64,000 nucleotides of DNA, taken from contig OZ024740.1 of NCBI GenBank assembly GCA_964016885.1, positions 435,054,001 through 435,118,000 on the forward strand, given 5' to 3'. This stretch comes from Eledone cirrhosa (lineage: Eukaryota). Shown one piece after another: positions 60,101-64,000 of the stretch; positions within the stretch are counted from its first letter, which is position 1, and each line of letters starts with the position of its first letter. The notes below the pieces were generated by a model. The model ran no database searches and had not been told where the DNA came from. It worked only from the letters and a program-made list of their open reading frames with translations. The position numbers were made by a program, and so were the translations under genes.

Positions 60101-61827
60101 TGTGTTTAGTACACACCAGATGATTGTGATGTCATGTGTTTAGTACACACCAGATGATTGTGATGTCACTGTGTTTAGTACACACCAGATACACCAGATG
60201 ATTGTGATGTCACTGTGTTTAGTACACACCAGACACACCAGATGATTGTGATGTCATGTGTTTAGTACACACCTGACACACCAGATGATTGTGATGTCAC
60301 TGTGTTTAGTACACACCATATACACCAGATGATTGTGATGTCACTGTGTTTAGTACACACCAGATACACCAGATGATTGTGATGTCACTGTGTTTAGTAC
60401 ACACCAGACACACCAGATGATTGTGATGTCACTGTGTTTAGTACACACCTGACACACCAGATGATTGTGATGTCACTGTGTTTAGTACACACCAGACACA
60501 CCAGATGATTGTGATGTCACTGTGTTTAGTACACACCAGACACACCAGATGATTGTGATGTCACTGTGTTTAGTACACACCAGACACACCAGATGATTGT
60601 GATGTCACTGTGTTTAGTACACACCAGACACACCAGATGATTGTGATGTCACTGTGTTTAGTACACACCATATACACCAGATGATTGTGATGTCACTGTG
60701 TTTAGTACACACCAGATACACCAGATGATTGTGATGTCACTGTGTTTAGTACACACCAGACACACCAGATGATTGTGATGTCACTGTGTTTAGTACACAC
60801 CAGACACACCAGATGATTGTGATGTCACTGTGTTTAGTACACACCAGATACACCAGATGATTGTGATGTCACTGTGTTTAGTACACACCATATACACCAG
60901 ATGATTGTGATGTCACTGTGTTTAGTACACACCATATACACCAGATGATTGTGATGTCACTGTGTTTAGTACACACCATATACACCAGATGATTGTGATG
61001 TCACTGTGTTTAGTACACACCAGATACACCAGGTGATTGTGATGTCAGTGTTTAGTACACACCAGACACACCAGATGATTGTGATGTCACTGTGTTTAGT
61101 ACACACCAGATACACCAGATGATTGTGATGTCACTGTGTTTAGTACACACCAGATGATTGTGATGTCACTGTGTTTAGTACACACCAGATGATCGTGATG
61201 TCCCTGTGTTTAGTACACACCAGATACACTAGGTGATTGTGATGTCACTGTGTTTAGTACACACCAGACACACCAGATGATTGTGATGTCACTGTGTTTA
61301 GTACACACCAGATACACCAGATGATCGTGATGTCACTGTGTTTAGTACACACCAGACACACCAGATGATTGTGATGTCAGTGTTTAGTACACACCAGATA
61401 CACCAGATGATTGTGATGTCCCTGTGTTTAGTACACACCAGATGATTGTGATGTCACTGTGTTTAGTACACACCAGATGATTGTGATGTCACTGTGTTTA
61501 GTACACACCAGATGATTGTGATGTCACTGTGTTTAGTACACACCAGATGATTGTGATGTCACTGTGTTTAGTACACACCAGATACACCAGGTGATTGTGA
61601 TGTCAGTGTTTAGTACACACCAGATACACCAGATGATTGTGATGTCACTGTGTTTAGTACACACCAGATACACTAGGTGATTGTGATGTCATGTGTTTAG
61701 TACACACCAGATGATTGTGATGTCACTGTGATTAGTACACACCAGATACACCAGATGATTGTGATTTCACTGTGTTTAGTACACACCAGATACACCAGAT
61801 GATTGTGATTTCACTGTGTTTAGTACA
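54147..61827. repeat. Satellite C: 44-bp tandem repeat (42- and 35-bp variants), about 175-180 copies
   Basis: Consensus GATGATTGTGATGTCACTGTGTTTAGTACACACCAGATACACCA. The first ~9 units are 42 bp; 35-bp units lack one 9-bp internal ACACCAGAT subrepeat. Confidence 0.99.
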
Positions 61828-62027
61828 AATGTTGGTATATTGTAAAGTGGACATGTGTGTATATATACAGTATCATGTCAATGTACTTCAAGGAAGTAGG
61901 TAGCCAGTGATAATGTAGTCAACTACCTCATTGTAGTGGTTACATTGTGGTCATTTGATGTTACCAGCTTCTACTGTATGTTCCTTACTGTAGTTAAGGA
62001 ATGACCTTGTGCATTTACAATCAGGTC

Positions 62028-62265
62028 ATTGTTTAACATCTGTTTTTCCTATTTCCTACTAATAAGGGTCAGACATGCTATCACTGACTGTTTAGTACTC
62101 AAGTGGAACCTCTGACCTCTAGGTGGACAGGAGACCCAATACACAATCCACGTGCCTTATCATAGCACCAGCATGAGGGAAGTTGTCATATCTTTGTCAT
62201 AGCTGAACAGTTTTCTCGACCCATTATGCCCTTTCTATCACCAACCATTTTACGGAGTGTCCTGT
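62028..62265 (-). mobile_element. Heavily decayed fragments of the 36982-type SINE-like family
   Basis: Reverse complement gives CAGGACACTCCGTAAAATGGTTGGTGATAGAAAGGGCAT (62226-62264), TGCTGGTGCTATGATAAGGCAC (~62152-62173) and a degenerate GGAAAAACAGATGTTAAAC tail. Confidence 0.55.
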
Positions 62266-62387
62266 TGGGTTATTTGTGGCTAAGTATTGGTCTTGTACAG
62301 TTATAATCAGACGTTCTTTTAGCACTTTTAAAACCATTGTTAGCCCTGATTCCCCTGAGGTAAACCTCAAAATATTATTATTATTGA

Positions 62388-62575
62388 GGGCAGTGGAATG
62401 GTAGTATTGGTAGAGCATCGGACATGCTTTGTGGCATAGAGTTACGGCCCTTTATGTTCTGAGTTCAAATCTGGCCGAGGTTAACTTTGCCTTTCATCCT
62501 TACGGGGGTCGATAAATTAAAGTACCAGTAATACACTGGGGTCGATTTAATCAACTTTCCCCGCCCCCAAAATGT
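62388..62575 (+). mobile_element. tRNA-derived SINE with Meta-domain-like central block
   Basis: A-box-like TGGTAGTATTGG, B-box GAGTTCAAATC (62461-62471), then GTTAACTTTGCCTTTCATCCTTACGGGGGTCGATAAATTAAAGTACCAG, resembling the MetaSINE central domain as recalled. Confidence 0.75.
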
Positions 62576-62711
62576 GTAAAGTGCAGTAATTACAGAAGTA
62601 TGATACACCCAGAAAAGTTGCTTTGTAAGACTAATGTTTACATTTAGGATTGTAGTTGAAATACTCTTTACAAGAGGACAACTTCGCTTCTAATTCTACC
62701 AATAAAATATA

Positions 62712-62779
62712 TAAGTAGCTAGTAAGTGTATGGTATGTGTGTGTATATATATATGAAAGTAGCTAGTAAGTGTATGGTA

Positions 62780-62820
<41 letters not shown>

Positions 62821-63125
62821 GAAAGTAGCTAGTAAGTGTATGGTATGTGTGTGTGTGTGTGTATATATATATATGAAAGTAGCTAGTAAGTGTATGGTGT
62901 GTGTGTGTGTGTATGTATATATATATATATATATATAAAAGTAGCTAGTAAGTGTATGGTGTGTGTGTGTGTATATATATATATGAAAGTAGCTAATAAG
63001 TGTATGGTGTGTGTATGTGTGTGTATATATATATATATGAAAGTAGCTAGTAAGTGTATGGTGTGTGTATGTGTGTGTATATATATATATATGAAAGTAG
63101 CTAGTAAGTGTATGGTATATATATA
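62712..63125. repeat. Compound minisatellite: fixed core plus variable (GT)n(AT)n, 8 units
   Basis: Core AAGTAGCTAGTAAGTGTATGGT recurs 8 times, separated by (GT)n(AT)n of differing lengths. Confidence 0.95.
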
Positions 63126-63448
63126 CTTACAAGTACTTAGTTTAATATACATAAAATAGAGACTTTCTCCTTACAAAACAGACCTTATAGAATGATAAAA
63201 GATCATTAAAATAGTCTGTTGAATATGAAAATATGATTTAGAAAAAGGTCCTTTAGGCTCCTTTAACAACTAAAAGGTATTTTCTAAATCTAAAAAAGTG
63301 ATGGTGTGTATGTGTGTGTAGAAATGCTTAATCCCTAAACCAGGGATACACAATTTTTTTTTCACAGAAAGTTGTCCACATAATTCACAAGGAAAACTTC
63401 ATGAGATACCAAATCTGAATTTACTCTTAACTGTATCATGTCAGTAGT

Positions 63449-64000
63449 AAGAAACTCTGAGGAGAGCTGGACAGAAGGTCTTCAGAGAAGAAACTCTGAG
63501 GAGAGCTTGACAGAAGGTCTTCAGAGAAGAAACTCTGAGGAGAGCTGGACAGAAGGTCTTCAGAGAAGAAACTCTGAGGAGAGCTGGACAGAAGGTCTTC
63601 AGAGAAGAAACTCTCAGGAGAGCTGGACAGAAGGTCTTCAGAGAAGAAACTCTGAGGAGAGCTGGATAGAAGGTCTTCAGAGAAGAAACTGAGGAGAGCT
63701 GGACAGAAGGTCTTCAGAGAAGAAACTCTGAGGAGAGCTGGACAGCAGAAGGTCTTCAGAGAAGAAACTCTCAGGAGAGCTGGACAGCAGAAGGTCTTCA
63801 GAGAAGAAACTGAGGAGAGCTGGACAGAAGGTCTTCAGAGAAGAAACTCTGAGGAGAGCTGGACAGCAGAAGGTCTTCAGAGAAGAAACTCTCAGGAGAG
63901 CTGGACAGCAGAAGGTCTTCAGAGAAGAAACTGTCTGGAGAGCTGGACAGAAGGTCTTCAGAGAAGAAACTCTGAGGAGAGCTTGACAGAAGGTCTTCAG
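63449..64000. repeat. Satellite D: 39-bp purine-rich tandem repeat, about 14 copies, truncated by the right edge
   Basis: Consensus GAAACTCTGAGGAGAGCTGGACAGAAGGTCTTCAGAGAA; later units show -2 (CT) and +3 (CAG) variants. Confidence 0.98.

Noticed and set aside
54147-61827. Hammerhead in satellite C (CAGATGA, occasionally CTGATGA, followed by a palindrome)
   Set aside because: No GAAA box and no stem III/NUH arrangement on either strand.
62388-62480. tRNA gene
   Set aside because: Has A/B-box-like motifs but no cloverleaf, and continues directly into a SINE body.
62726-63159. Cys/Val/Ile/Tyr-rich ORFs
   Set aside because: Translations of (GT)n(AT)n microsatellites.
63438-64000. Coding repeat (NSEESWTEGLQRR)n, or a satellite-encoded hammerhead (CUGAGGA...GAAAC)
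   Set aside because: 2-bp deletions break the frame after about six units. For a hammerhead, stem II does not close before GAAA and position 16.1 is C rather than U.

Overview
Repeat-dominated, AT-rich eukaryotic (animal) DNA with no supportable protein-coding gene. About 57 of the 64 kb is tandem repeat: a ~41-bp satellite (1-35390, continuing off the left edge), a 31-bp satellite (38950-52051), a 42/44-bp satellite (~54147-61827), a 39-bp array running off the right edge, and two small arrays. The unique islands hold decayed mobile elements: tRNA-derived SINEs, TTAA-flanked piggyBac-like MITEs, two RTE-clade (Expander/Rex3-like) LINE 3' ends, and (TA)n tracts. The SINE/MITE mix reminds me of octopus/cephalopod genomes, but that is recollection, not a search result. 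Most interesting: (1) a near-complete type I hammerhead-ribozyme fold on the minus strand at 36577-36627, inside a (TA)n-flanked insert that has a decayed relative at 37210-37410; (2) satellites apparently seeded from transposon remnants, one directly traceable to a LINE inside this window; (3) a motif and a variant site shared between the two largest, otherwise dissimilar satellites; (4) kilobase-scale higher-order repeats in all three large arrays. Coordinates were read by eye and may be off by a few bases.
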